From assembly GCA_039714975.1 (NCBI GenBank), contig JBDLIH010000005.1:12857-76856 (forward strand): DNA of 64,000 nt. Direction: 5' to 3'. Shown in pieces: positions 45,134 to 53,237 of this stretch (position 1 is the stretch's first letter; each line of letters begins with the position of its first letter). Source of the DNA: Pseudomonadota bacterium (GTDB taxonomy: Bacteria > Pseudomonadota > Gammaproteobacteria > UBA9214). Both the position numbers and the translations under genes were made by a program. The notes below the pieces were generated by a model. The model was not told where the DNA came from. It was given only the letters and a program-made list of their open reading frames with translations, and did not search any database.

Positions 45134-45774
45134 GCGGCCAGTTCGGACAGGTTGATGCGCTGGATAGTGGTGCTGGCAAGGTTGACGGCGTGGTGTGAAG
45201 TCACCGCCAGCATACCGCCGCGGGACGTGTGCTGGTCCAGCAGTTCCTCAATGACCTGGATGCCATGCACATCGAGTGAGGTAAACGGCTCGTCCAGAAT
45301 CCACAGGACGGTGTCGGTGACCAGCAGGCGCGCCAGCGCCAGGCGCCGCTGCTGGCCGGCTGACAGGTTGCGCGTCAGCACATCCTCAAACCCGTACAGG
45401 TCAACCTTCTCCAGGGCCTCCTCAAGCGTGGTGTCATTGGGTTTGCCCAGCGCCCGGGCCATGGCGAGGTTCTCCAATGGCGTCAGGTCGAGCTTGATAC
45501 CGTCCCGGTGGCCCACGTAGGCCGTATGTTCATGATAGTCCGCACCCAGCCGGTTGATCTCTTCACCGCACCAGTTGATACGGCCGGCGTCCGGCAGCCG
45601 GATGCCGCACAGGATGCGCAACAGCGAAGTCTTGCCGCTGCCGTTACGGCCTTCCAGTACCAGTGCCTGTCCACGTTCGAGCCTGAAGCTCAAGTCACTG
45701 AACAGGGTGCGGTCATCGCGAATGCATTCCAGTCCATGGGCTTCGAGTCTGGTATTGTTCTTGCTCTGGGTCAC
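45130..45774 (-). CDS. ccmA: Heme exporter ATP-binding protein CcmA
   Basis: Walker A GRNGSGKTS, signature LSAGQQRRLALARL, Walker B LWILDEP. Confidence 0.9.
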   Translation of the reverse strand: MTQSKNNTRLEAHGLECIRDDRTLFSDLSFRLERGQALVLEGRNGSGKTSLLRILCGIRLPDAGRINWCGEEINRLGADYHEHTAYVGHRDGIKLDLTPLENLAMARALGKPNDTTLEEALEKVDLYGFEDVLTRNLSAGQQRRLALARLLVTDTVLWILDEPFTSLDVHGIQVIEELLDQHTSRGGMLAVTSHHAVNLASTTIQRINLSELAA

Positions 45775-45884
45775 AGTCTTTAATTTGTATTAACGACAGG
45801 CAGTCGCACGGATTAGTGGATTAAAAATCGAATCATACCTGTTTCAGGCTGTTTAGCCCAAGACTGTACACAGGTAATATTGTT

Positions 45885-45914
45885 AAAAAAAAAAGGGCGG
45901 AATAATCCGCCCTT
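45885..45914 (-). terminator. Rho-independent terminator after the small Cys-peptide gene
   Basis: The minus strand reads AAGGGCGG-attatt-CCGCCCTT followed by T10. Confidence 0.8.
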
Positions 45915-45965
45915 GGGGATGGAACTGGAAAGTGGGGGGTTCCAGTCCCTGGAAACCGTGCTGTA

Positions 45966-46178
45966 CTAGTTAGCGATGCAAACCTTGTTTTTATTACCCC
46001 CAGGGTAAGTCGTTCGCGCATTGCAAGCCGTCTTGTCGAGGATTTCATCGCAGGTTACCGTGCTTTCACAATCCGAATCGACTGCGTGGCTGGTGCTAAC
46101 CAGCATCAGACTGCCAATGGCCAGCAACAGGCCGCCAACAAGTAACAGGGTTCCTGCAATGCCGTTTCTCATGACCAT
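45966..46178 (-). CDS. Small secreted Cys-rich peptide (70-aa precursor)
   Basis: Signal/anchor GTLLLVGGLLLAIGSLMLVSTSHA. The mature ~37 aa has 4 Cys. It has its own sigma-54 promoter and intrinsic terminator. The C-terminus is homologous to the C-terminus of the cytochrome at 49265-51907. Confidence 0.7.
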   Translation of the reverse strand: MVMRNGIAGTLLLVGGLLLAIGSLMLVSTSHAVDSDCESTVTCDEILDKTACNARTTYPGGNKNKVCIAN

Positions 46179-46217
46179 CTTTTCTGAATAGTGTTTTCCA
46201 TATAATTAGTGAACAAG

Positions 46218-46232
46218 GCAAGCTTCATGCCA
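46218..46232 (-). promoter_or_regulatory. Sigma-54 (-24/-12) promoter of the small Cys-peptide gene
   Basis: The minus strand reads CTGGCATGAAGCTTGCC (TGGCAT-N5-TTGC). The -12 element lies 40 nt upstream of ATG 46178. Confidence 0.75.
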
Positions 46233-46308
46233 GGCACGGGTAAATCAGGAACTTTCTGGCAGAATAGGACGTTAGCTTACACATTCCTCCTGGTCCAGAT
46301 TAGAAGCA

Positions 46309-46356
46309 TGACAAATTTGTCAGGTATGTCACATACAGTCTGTCAGACAAATGACA
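46309..46356. promoter_or_regulatory. TGTCA/TGACA array (candidate enhancer/UAS), site A
   Basis: Five pentamers in 48 bp, including the perfect 14-bp palindrome TGACAAATTTGTCA (46309-46322) and TGTCAGACAAATGACA (46341-46356). Lies 75-125 bp upstream of the -24 box. Confidence 0.6.
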
Positions 46357-46578
46357 TTATTGGCAAAAAAAACCTGTATCAAGAAAGAAAACCTGCCAAG
46401 GGTACACATACACAGGGTTGTTTAATGAGGCAGCTGTAATTACGGGATGATTCATCGCGCCGGGGAGGGCGCTCTCACAGGTTGGTGAAATAATGCATGG
46501 TAGAAATGTTTGCCAGGCTGGTGTTGATCTGGAGAATAGGGTGTTCGGTCGTTATCACGCTTCACCCATGGACTAAAC

Positions 46579-47373
46579 ATGTTTCTGCGACTACCGAAAT
46601 TCATCTGTGCATTGTTCCTCGCCTGCATGGCCGGCTGTGCGCCCGACTCGGGCCAGCAACCGCAACTCATGGTGTTTGCCGCGGCAAGTCTGCGCGATGT
46701 CATGAGTGAAGTGGGTACGCGTTTTGAGCAGGAACACGGCATCCACGTCAACTACAACTTCGCCGGCAGTAATGTGCTTGCCCAGCAACTCCTTGCTGCC
46801 CCCAAGGCCGACCTCTTTCTCAGTGCCAACAAAGCCTGGATGCGGCGTCTGGGACAGGCTGAGCGGATCGTGCCCGGCTCGCACCAGGCGGTTCTGGGCA
46901 ACCGGCTCGTGGTCATCGCCAATCATGCCAGTATCCTGAAGGCTAATCCCCGGGAACTGTTCTGCACGCCCGGCTTTGAATACCTTTCCATTGGCAATCC
47001 GGAGGCAGTGCCCGCTGGAATCTATGCCAGGGAGTGGCTGGAAAAACTTCCCTGCGACGAGGGCAGCGCCTGGGACGCGGTTGCCGGCCGCATTGCGCCG
47101 GCGCCTGACGTGCGCGCGGCCCTGGGTCTGGTGGAAGCCGATCGGGATATTCCGGGAATTGTCTATGCCACCGATGCGGCCATGTCGGACAAGGTGCGCG
47201 TCATTCAGGAGGTGAGCGGTAACGATGCGCCCGTCATCCTCTATTACGCGGCCCTGGTGGACAACGAATCCAGCCATGAGCAGGCCAGGCTGTTTCTTCG
47301 TTTCCTGACCGGCGAGCAGGCCGCCGAAGTGTTCCGTCGTTACGGTTTTACCGGTCCGCAGAACCATGAATGA
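46579..47373 (+). CDS. modA: Molybdate ABC transporter substrate-binding lipoprotein ModA
   Basis: Lipobox [15 protein letters not shown], and the overall ModA pattern. Followed by modB and modC. Confidence 0.85.
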   Translation: MFLRLPKFICALFLACMAGCAPDSGQQPQLMVFAAASLRDVMSEVGTRFEQEHGIHVNYNFAGSNVLAQQLLAAPKADLFLSANKAWMRRLGQAERIVPGSHQAVLGNRLVVIANHASILKANPRELFCTPGFEYLSIGNPEAVPAGIYAREWLEKLPCDEGSAWDAVAGRIAPAPDVRAALGLVEADRDIPGIVYATDAAMSDKVRVIQEVSGNDAPVILYYAALVDNESSHEQARLFLRFLTGEQAAEVFRRYGFTGPQNHE

Positions 47374-48046
47374 GGCCTCGCTGACGGCGCTGCTGTTGAC
47401 GCTGCAATATGCCTCGCTGGCCACGGCCATCGTCTTTGTACCCGGCATGCTCATTGCCTATGTGCTGGCACGTTTTTCCTTTCCCGGCAAGGTCTTCGTC
47501 AGTGCCCTGACGAGCCTGCCCCTGGTCCTGCCGCCCACTGCGGTGGGTTATCTGTTGCTGCAGATGCTCGCCACTGACGGGATTCTCGGCAGGGAGATTC
47601 TGGGTGTCGACCTGGACATTCTGTTGACCGGAAAAGCGGTCGTCGTGGCATGCGCGGTGATGTCGGTGCCGCTGATTATCCGGACTGCCCGGATCGCCTT
47701 CGAGGGGGTGAATGACCGCTACGAGGCTATGGCGCGCACTCTGGGTTATGGACCTGTAGAAACCTTTCTGCGTTTCACCTTTCCACTGGCGGCACGCGGC
47801 CTGCTGGCGGCGATGATCCTGGGTTTCACCCGCGCCATGGGCGAGTTTGGTGTGACCGTCACGATTGCCGGCAACATCCCCGGCCGCACCCAGACCCTGG
47901 CCTCTGCCATCTTCAGTGCCCAGCAGGTCGGCAACGATCACGAGGCCAATTTCCTGGTTCTCGTTGCCCTGGCGACCGGCTTTTGTGCGATCCTGGCGGC
48001 CGAGTTCCTTTCGCTACGGGGCGCGCGTAGACGCAAATCCCCTTGA
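47366..48046 (+). CDS. modB: Molybdate ABC transporter permease ModB
   Basis: Five/six-TM permease with the conserved loop ...[24 protein letters not shown]. Confidence 0.85.
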   Translation: MNEASLTALLLTLQYASLATAIVFVPGMLIAYVLARFSFPGKVFVSALTSLPLVLPPTAVGYLLLQMLATDGILGREILGVDLDILLTGKAVVVACAVMSVPLIIRTARIAFEGVNDRYEAMARTLGYGPVETFLRFTFPLAARGLLAAMILGFTRAMGEFGVTVTIAGNIPGRTQTLASAIFSAQQVGNDHEANFLVLVALATGFCAILAAEFLSLRGARRRKSP

Positions 48047-49146
48047 GCAACGGCCATGAAATTCGGGCTAAGCTGAATCTGCCCCTCGATCGATTCACCC
48101 TGTCAGTGGATCTCAAGCTGCGCCGGCATGTGACGGGTATCTTTGGGGCTTCGGGTTCCGGAAAGACCAGCCTGCTGGAGACTGTTGCCGGACTCCGCCG
48201 CAGTGCGCAGGGCATGCTCCGTCTGGGTGACCAGCTGTGGCAGGACTCTTACCGGGGCGCCTTCATGCCGCCTGAACGCCGCAATATCGGTTATGTGCCC
48301 CAGGATGCCCTGCTGTTTCCACACCGGAATGTGCGTGCGAACCTGCTTATTGGCCAGCGCCGGGCGCGGTGCCAGGGTCAGGATGTCGAGGCCCTGCAGC
48401 AGGAAGTGATCGCCTTGCTGGAACTGGATGCCCTGCTGGAGCGCAACGTCGACACTCTCTCGGGAGGGGAGCGCCAGCGGGTGGCCTTGGGTCGGGCTCT
48501 GTGTTCCGGACCGCGGCTGCTGCTGATGGATGAGCCACTGGCTTCCCTCGACCTGGGTATGCGGCGCAAGTTGTTGCCCTTTCTGCGCACGATCCGCCAA
48601 TCCTTCGACATCCCCATGCTATTGGTCTCACACGACCCAATTGAGGTTCAGGCCCTGTGTGATGAGTTGGTGGTCCTGCAGGATGGTCAGGTCATTGCCC
48701 AGGGTGAACCCCGGGTTACCCTGATGCAGGCGTCCCGTGATGCGGCGGAATTTGCGCATTTGGTCGAAAATGTACTGCCTTGCCGCTTTGAGCGTCATGA
48801 GGGCGAGGCAACTCTGGTCCGTATCGGGCTTGAGGGCGATGGCCCGCTGCTGACACTGCCCCGGGTGAGCGGGGCGGGTGCAAGCGCGCAGATGATTGCC
48901 GTGCGCAGCCGGGACATTATCGTATCCAATACCCGGCCATACGGTCTCTCGGCCCGCAATGTCCTGCCCGGTGTGGTGCGGCGGGTGGCAGCGGCCGGCA
49001 AGAAATACCTGGTCTTTTGCGCAGTAGACCGGAGCGCGGTGGAACTGGCCGTGGAAGTCACGCTGGCCTCGCTGCAGGAACTGGATCTCAAGCCGGAAAC
49101 CCCGGTGTTTCTTATTATCAAGGCAACTACCCTGGAACTCTGCTGA
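48043..49146 (+). CDS. modC: Molybdate ABC transporter ATP-binding protein ModC
   Basis: Walker [37 protein letters not shown], and a C-terminal Mop/TOBE-like ~130 aa. Confidence 0.85.
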   Translation: MSNGHEIRAKLNLPLDRFTLSVDLKLRRHVTGIFGASGSGKTSLLETVAGLRRSAQGMLRLGDQLWQDSYRGAFMPPERRNIGYVPQDALLFPHRNVRANLLIGQRRARCQGQDVEALQQEVIALLELDALLERNVDTLSGGERQRVALGRALCSGPRLLLMDEPLASLDLGMRRKLLPFLRTIRQSFDIPMLLVSHDPIEVQALCDELVVLQDGQVIAQGEPRVTLMQASRDAAEFAHLVENVLPCRFERHEGEATLVRIGLEGDGPLLTLPRVSGAGASAQMIAVRSRDIIVSNTRPYGLSARNVLPGVVRRVAAAGKKYLVFCAVDRSAVELAVEVTLASLQELDLKPETPVFLIIKATTLELC

Positions 49147-49205
49147 ACCGCATCAGCACGCTGAGTCATGCAGGCATCAACTTGATGCGAACTGATAAAT
49201 GCAAA

Positions 49206-49239
49206 GGCCCGGGAGAAGTTCGCCCGGGCCGTTGATTTT
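49206..49239. terminator. Bidirectional hairpin terminator between modC and the cytochrome gene
   Basis: GGCCCGGG (49206-49213) pairs with CCCGGGCC (49223-49230). It is followed by gttgatttt on the plus strand and by tttgcattt on the minus strand. Confidence 0.55.
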
Positions 49240-49264
49240 CTACTTCAAGGTTAACCAGGTCCGG

Positions 49265-51907
49265 CTAGATCGGGCTACAGACCTTGTTCTTGTTGCTATA
49301 GCTGCAGGTGGCCTGCGCGTTGCAGGAGGTCTTGTCGCCGTTGTACTGCGAGCAGTCGACCTGCTCGCAGACAGGATCTCCGCCGCAGTTGTCGATGTCA
49401 TCACAGTCGACCAGTCCGTTGCAGTCGTTGTCAACACCGTCATCACAGGTCAGCTCCGTCGGCCCTTCCGGTGTACAGACGTTCGACACACACTGGCCGT
49501 TCTTTGGGCTGCCCTGCCAGTCACAGACAGGATCATTATTGCAGCTACCCTTGTCTTCGTGTATGGAGCAACCCTGGCCTGTTAGGCAGTCGGTATCCGA
49601 CGCATCGGTAAAACCATCACAGTCGTTGTCGACACCGTCAGTGCAGAAAGTTTCCTGTGTTTCCTGGCCGGGGGTCGGATTGCAGACCGGCGGGGTACCC
49701 CATTCGACCGAGTACATGACCACCGGCGGCACCATCTTGTAGTCGCCGTTGATCATCTGCACGCCGGTGATTGGCGCGCCGGTACTCTGGACAACGTCGG
49801 CATTGAGCCAGGCATCCATCATGGCGTCACCCTGATTGCCGAGGAACGCGTTCTCCCCGGTGTTGGCCATCTGCAGGAACTGTATGTATTCCCAGCTGGT
49901 GCCCTGATAGAGCAGGTCGATGGTGGCATGGACAGCACCGATTGGCGGGTTGAGCAATACATCGTCCGCGTGCTCGTAGGTATCGCCTGTCCTGGTATAA
50001 CGGGTTTCCGGCACCGGCAGTGCGTTGCGCTTCTTGGCTTCGGTGTAGCTCATCTGATACGGCGGAATGCGGTTGTCCTTGGATACGTAGTTGTTGAGCG
50101 CAAAATGGAAGGTCTCATGGTAGTCGCCCGAGCAATCAGGATACTGGACGGGATCGTCGAGCAGGAACTGACTGACAGTACAGTCTGGCAGACCCGTTAA
50201 GCGGTCATAGCTGAGCGCGAAGTCCGGGTCTTGCACGGCCTGCACGATAACAGCCCATTCCCTGGTGATGGCGTAGTGCGCTTCGTAGATCTCGGTGTTG
50301 GTGCCATCCAGCTTGAGGATGGTTTCCACGGCATCGGCCTGACCGTCACCGTCGAGGTCCATGTCGGTCTGCAGGCTGCCGTACGCGCCATCTTCTCCAA
50401 CCAGGGCGCCTTCACTGTCATACCACTTGATGTTCAGCCACATGCGGCGTCCTTCAGGGTAGCCGGTGATCAGCTTGTGGCCGGTCAGGTTGGTGACCGT
50501 GACGGTGTTGCCCGTTACCGACAGGGCACCCGCTTCACGCAGATGCTTGGTGGCGCGTTCCTGGCCGAGGTCCATTGCCAGCAGCTGGGTGCTGTTCAGA
50601 CCACCGCCTACACGCAGCGTACCGACGTCAGGCCGATCCTGGTACTGTGCCATGCTGGCGAACCAGTAGTTGCCGCCGGTGTGGTCATGGCGCGGCAGGT
50701 CGGACCGTGTCTTGACGTTCTTGTTGCAACCTTTGCCGGTAGTCGGGCGCATATGGCAGCTCTGGCAGCTGAATTTACGCGGTGTACCGTCAGCATAGTC
50801 ACCTTCGATTATGCTTGAGTCATTTGGGTCACCCGGATCTGCCGCGATGGCGGCCTGGTAGGTGACTTCAAGAGAACCGCCCGCCACCTGCAGGTCGAGC
50901 GGGAGATCTTCATTGAATCGGCCAACGCGCATGTTTGAAAGCGGGCTGGACTTGTATTCGCTGAAGGTACGTTCGACGATGCCGTAGGCATACGGCGGGT
51001 TGTTGAACGCGGCCTTGTTGACGATGGCGCCGCCCAGGCAGCCGCCGCCGACTGCGGACAGGTCGCCGCCCTCGGGAAACGGCAGGATGGTGTTGCCATT
51101 GTCATCGACACAGTCGAAATCACGACTTGAAATAACTGTTGCGTCTGTAGGCGCCAGACTCTGGGTGCCATGGTTGCCGGCGAGGTCACCCACCGCTGAG
51201 TTGGACACGTCGTGGCAGCTTCCGCAGAAATCCGGGTCGCGGTGCCATGCTGACTGTCTGAACTGGTGGCGTGCTTCGGCATCATCCTCAGCGTATGGTC
51301 CCAGTTTTACATTGACGTCAGGCCACAGCGAGAGCATGCCGCTGCCGTAGAAGCCTTCGCCAGCCGAGCCGGTCTTCGTACATTTGTCAGGGACGTTTGG
51401 ATCGGGCTCACAGTTGGCGATAAACGGCGAGTTCATCATGCCCTGCAGTATGGGGTCGGAATTGTTCGGGTTGGTCGCGGCATGGCAGGTATCGCAGTCG
51501 ATGCCGTTATCATCGCTCGCTGCCAGGCCGGAACCGTCGGTCGGTGTGGAGCGGCCATCATACCAACCCTTGGCGCTGTGGCAGCGGATGCAGAGATCGC
51601 CCGCGCCGTCGAAGTCCTGCTCGGCAATGGCCAGCGTGGCCCAGAACACCGGGTCACGTCCGGCGTTACCCATGGCGGCGCCGCGCCAGCCCGTGGCAGG
51701 TTCGGCGCCCGGGTCGTCGAGGTTGTATCCGGCGTGGCAGTTGTCGCACTTGTCCGGTGACTCGAAATTCCCGACTTCACCCGGCTGGGTGCCGGGCATC
51801 TTGATTTCGTTAGGCACAACACCAGCTGCTTGCGCAGTGATTGCGAATATTAGTGTCAGGCAGGCGAGTAGTGCACCTATAGGCAGGTCTTTGGTGAGGC
51901 TTGTCAT
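49265..51907 (-). CDS. Secreted five-heme c-type cytochrome with C-terminal Cys/Asp-rich (MopE-like) repeats
   Basis: Signal peptide ...IFAITAQAAG. Five CXXCH motifs (CDNCH, CIRCH, CDTCH, CGSCH, CQSCH). The C-terminal ~125 aa contains CTDGVDNDCDGFTD and CDDGVDNDCNGLVD repeats. Confidence 0.85.
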   Translation of the reverse strand: MTSLTKDLPIGALLACLTLIFAITAQAAGVVPNEIKMPGTQPGEVGNFESPDKCDNCHAGYNLDDPGAEPATGWRGAAMGNAGRDPVFWATLAIAEQDFDGAGDLCIRCHSAKGWYDGRSTPTDGSGLAASDDNGIDCDTCHAATNPNNSDPILQGMMNSPFIANCEPDPNVPDKCTKTGSAGEGFYGSGMLSLWPDVNVKLGPYAEDDAEARHQFRQSAWHRDPDFCGSCHDVSNSAVGDLAGNHGTQSLAPTDATVISSRDFDCVDDNGNTILPFPEGGDLSAVGGGCLGGAIVNKAAFNNPPYAYGIVERTFSEYKSSPLSNMRVGRFNEDLPLDLQVAGGSLEVTYQAAIAADPGDPNDSSIIEGDYADGTPRKFSCQSCHMRPTTGKGCNKNVKTRSDLPRHDHTGGNYWFASMAQYQDRPDVGTLRVGGGLNSTQLLAMDLGQERATKHLREAGALSVTGNTVTVTNLTGHKLITGYPEGRRMWLNIKWYDSEGALVGEDGAYGSLQTDMDLDGDGQADAVETILKLDGTNTEIYEAHYAITREWAVIVQAVQDPDFALSYDRLTGLPDCTVSQFLLDDPVQYPDCSGDYHETFHFALNNYVSKDNRIPPYQMSYTEAKKRNALPVPETRYTRTGDTYEHADDVLLNPPIGAVHATIDLLYQGTSWEYIQFLQMANTGENAFLGNQGDAMMDAWLNADVVQSTGAPITGVQMINGDYKMVPPVVMYSVEWGTPPVCNPTPGQETQETFCTDGVDNDCDGFTDASDTDCLTGQGCSIHEDKGSCNNDPVCDWQGSPKNGQCVSNVCTPEGPTELTCDDGVDNDCNGLVDCDDIDNCGGDPVCEQVDCSQYNGDKTSCNAQATCSYSNKNKVCSPI

Positions 51908-51958
51908 TGTGGATCCCCTCGTACGTTTTTTGGAACTTCGATTTGATCTACGTACAAA

Positions 51959-51973
51959 GCAAGAACGGTGCCA
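51959..51973 (-). promoter_or_regulatory. Sigma-54 (-24/-12) promoter of the five-heme cytochrome gene
   Basis: The minus strand reads CTGGCACCGTTCTTGCTT, a full match to TGGCAC-N5-TTGC. The -12 element lies 52 nt upstream of ATG 51907. Confidence 0.85.
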
Positions 51974-52062
51974 GATCTATAATAGATCTAAAATAGTAAA
52001 GAATATCTTAAGGTTATTCAGAAAAGATAAAATCCATGTTCAGCCTGACTTATGTTGATAGC

Positions 52063-52118
52063 TGTCAGAATTGGCAGAGAGGTGCCAATTCTGGTGTCAG
52101 TAGATGTCAGTAATGACA
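52063..52118. promoter_or_regulatory. TGTCA/TGACA array plus 11-bp perfect inverted repeat (candidate enhancer/UAS), site B
   Basis: TGTCA at 52063, 52095 and 52105; TGACA at 52114. CAGAATTGGCA-N6-TGCCAATTCTG spans 52066-52093. Lies 90-145 bp upstream of the -24 box. Confidence 0.6.
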
Positions 52119-52149
52119 GTACTGCGTGACTGGAGAAATACTGCAGGCG

Positions 52150-53007
52150 TCAGATTATGTCATGGCGTAACGCAAGACCAACGGCTTCTGTGCGGCTATG
52201 TACCCCCAGCTTCAGGAACATGTTCTTGAAATGGTTGCGTACGGTCTCGGCACTGATAAACAATTGTTTGGCAATTTGCGCGGTCTTCACTCCCTCTGAC
52301 GCCATGTTCAGCAATTGTTTTTCCCGGGGCGTCAGGCGACTGAAACATGTGTCGGGATGTGTATCGGTATTCTTCGTATTGGCCATCCGTTGCAGCAGTT
52401 GCCGGGTACTAATGTGCCGCAGGCTGAAAAAGACGCCAACGTTATCGGTATTCTGCTGTAATTCAGCCGGTGTGTAGTAAGCGCCCACATTGACCATAAT
52501 GGAATTACCGTTCTCGTGATCCACCATCATGTCGATATTCCCGGCCGCCGGCCTGCCGCTAGCCCTTTGGGAGAAGGGGCAATCGTGTCCACAAATGGCG
52601 TTTCCATGCAGGCCGACGCTGCACAGCACCCCGGCGCACGCGGTATTCAGGATATCTTCCCGGGTATGTCCCAGCAGATTTTCGCAACTGCTGTTCCAGA
52701 AGCGGATTCTTTTCTCACCATCAATGCCAAATACAGCATCTGTGCTCTGTTCAAAGACCTGGTACATGCCATTCATCATCTGGTTTCCCTTTAATGCATT
52801 ATCTGGAACCCATCCTTGTTGTTTATCAAACAGCCTTGTCCCGGTAACGATATATTCGGATGCACCAAACGTGCCAGAAATCTGTTTCGTATAAACAGAT
52901 GAATCTAAAGGTGTAAAATCACGGCTGCTCAGATCGTTCTGATCGAACATGACATAAATGACATATGTAAATGCCGATATGACGTTATTGGCATATTTTG
53001 GTGACAT
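52150..53007 (-). CDS. PAS-domain LuxR/FixJ-type (HTH) transcriptional regulator
   Basis: PAS core ...STDAVFGIDGEKRIRFWNSSCENLLGH... with a four-Cys cluster CAGVLCSVGLHGNAICGHDCP. The C-terminal HTH is LTPREKQLLNMASEGVKTAQIAKQLFISAETVRNHFKNMF. There is no receiver domain and the start is uncertain. Confidence 0.8.
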   Translation of the reverse strand: MSPKYANNVISAFTYVIYVMFDQNDLSSRDFTPLDSSVYTKQISGTFGASEYIVTGTRLFDKQQGWVPDNALKGNQMMNGMYQVFEQSTDAVFGIDGEKRIRFWNSSCENLLGHTREDILNTACAGVLCSVGLHGNAICGHDCPFSQRASGRPAAGNIDMMVDHENGNSIMVNVGAYYTPAELQQNTDNVGVFFSLRHISTRQLLQRMANTKNTDTHPDTCFSRLTPREKQLLNMASEGVKTAQIAKQLFISAETVRNHFKNMFLKLGVHSRTEAVGLALRHDII

Positions 53008-53237
53008 TAACTGACCAGGGAGGGAGGTTTTCCTCGTACGGTTTTGCCTGGTGCACTTTATCGAATATGACCCATGTGACGAGATTTATGACTCAAACGG
53101 GTCATTCATTCCGTATGGAGTAACCGCCAGAATCATTACCCATGACCAGTTGCCTGTGACGCCAGTGGTGTCGCAGGGTACGTGGTCCGGATAACGATAG
53201 TTCAACTAATTTTGGTCCGGTGACAGGAGGACAGGGG

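Noticed and set aside
46309-46356. Reading the TGTCA arrays of the molybdenum island as PhoB Pho boxes (the core is similar to CTGTCAT).
   Set aside because: Motif spacing is 9-10 bp or inverted pairs, not 11-bp direct repeats. The arrays sit 70-150 bp upstream of sigma-54 -24/-12 elements instead of replacing a -35. The genes are unrelated to phosphate.
46380-46578. Possible Moco riboswitch in the ~200-nt leader of modA (also considered upstream of moaA and of the alpha subunit).
   Set aside because: I could not recognise the conserved Moco-motif stems or loops by eye. moaA is only 21 nt from the preceding gene. A covariance-model search (Rfam Moco motif) would be needed, so I make no claim.
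53059-53133. NarL-type heptamers (GACCCAT at 53059, TACCCAT at 53127) upstream of the molybdoenzyme operon as LuxR-regulator sites.
   Set aside because: These are single degenerate 7-mers with no 7-2-7 arrangement, which is expected by chance in 230 bp. No sigma-54 element was found in this region either, so the operon's promoter remains unidentified.
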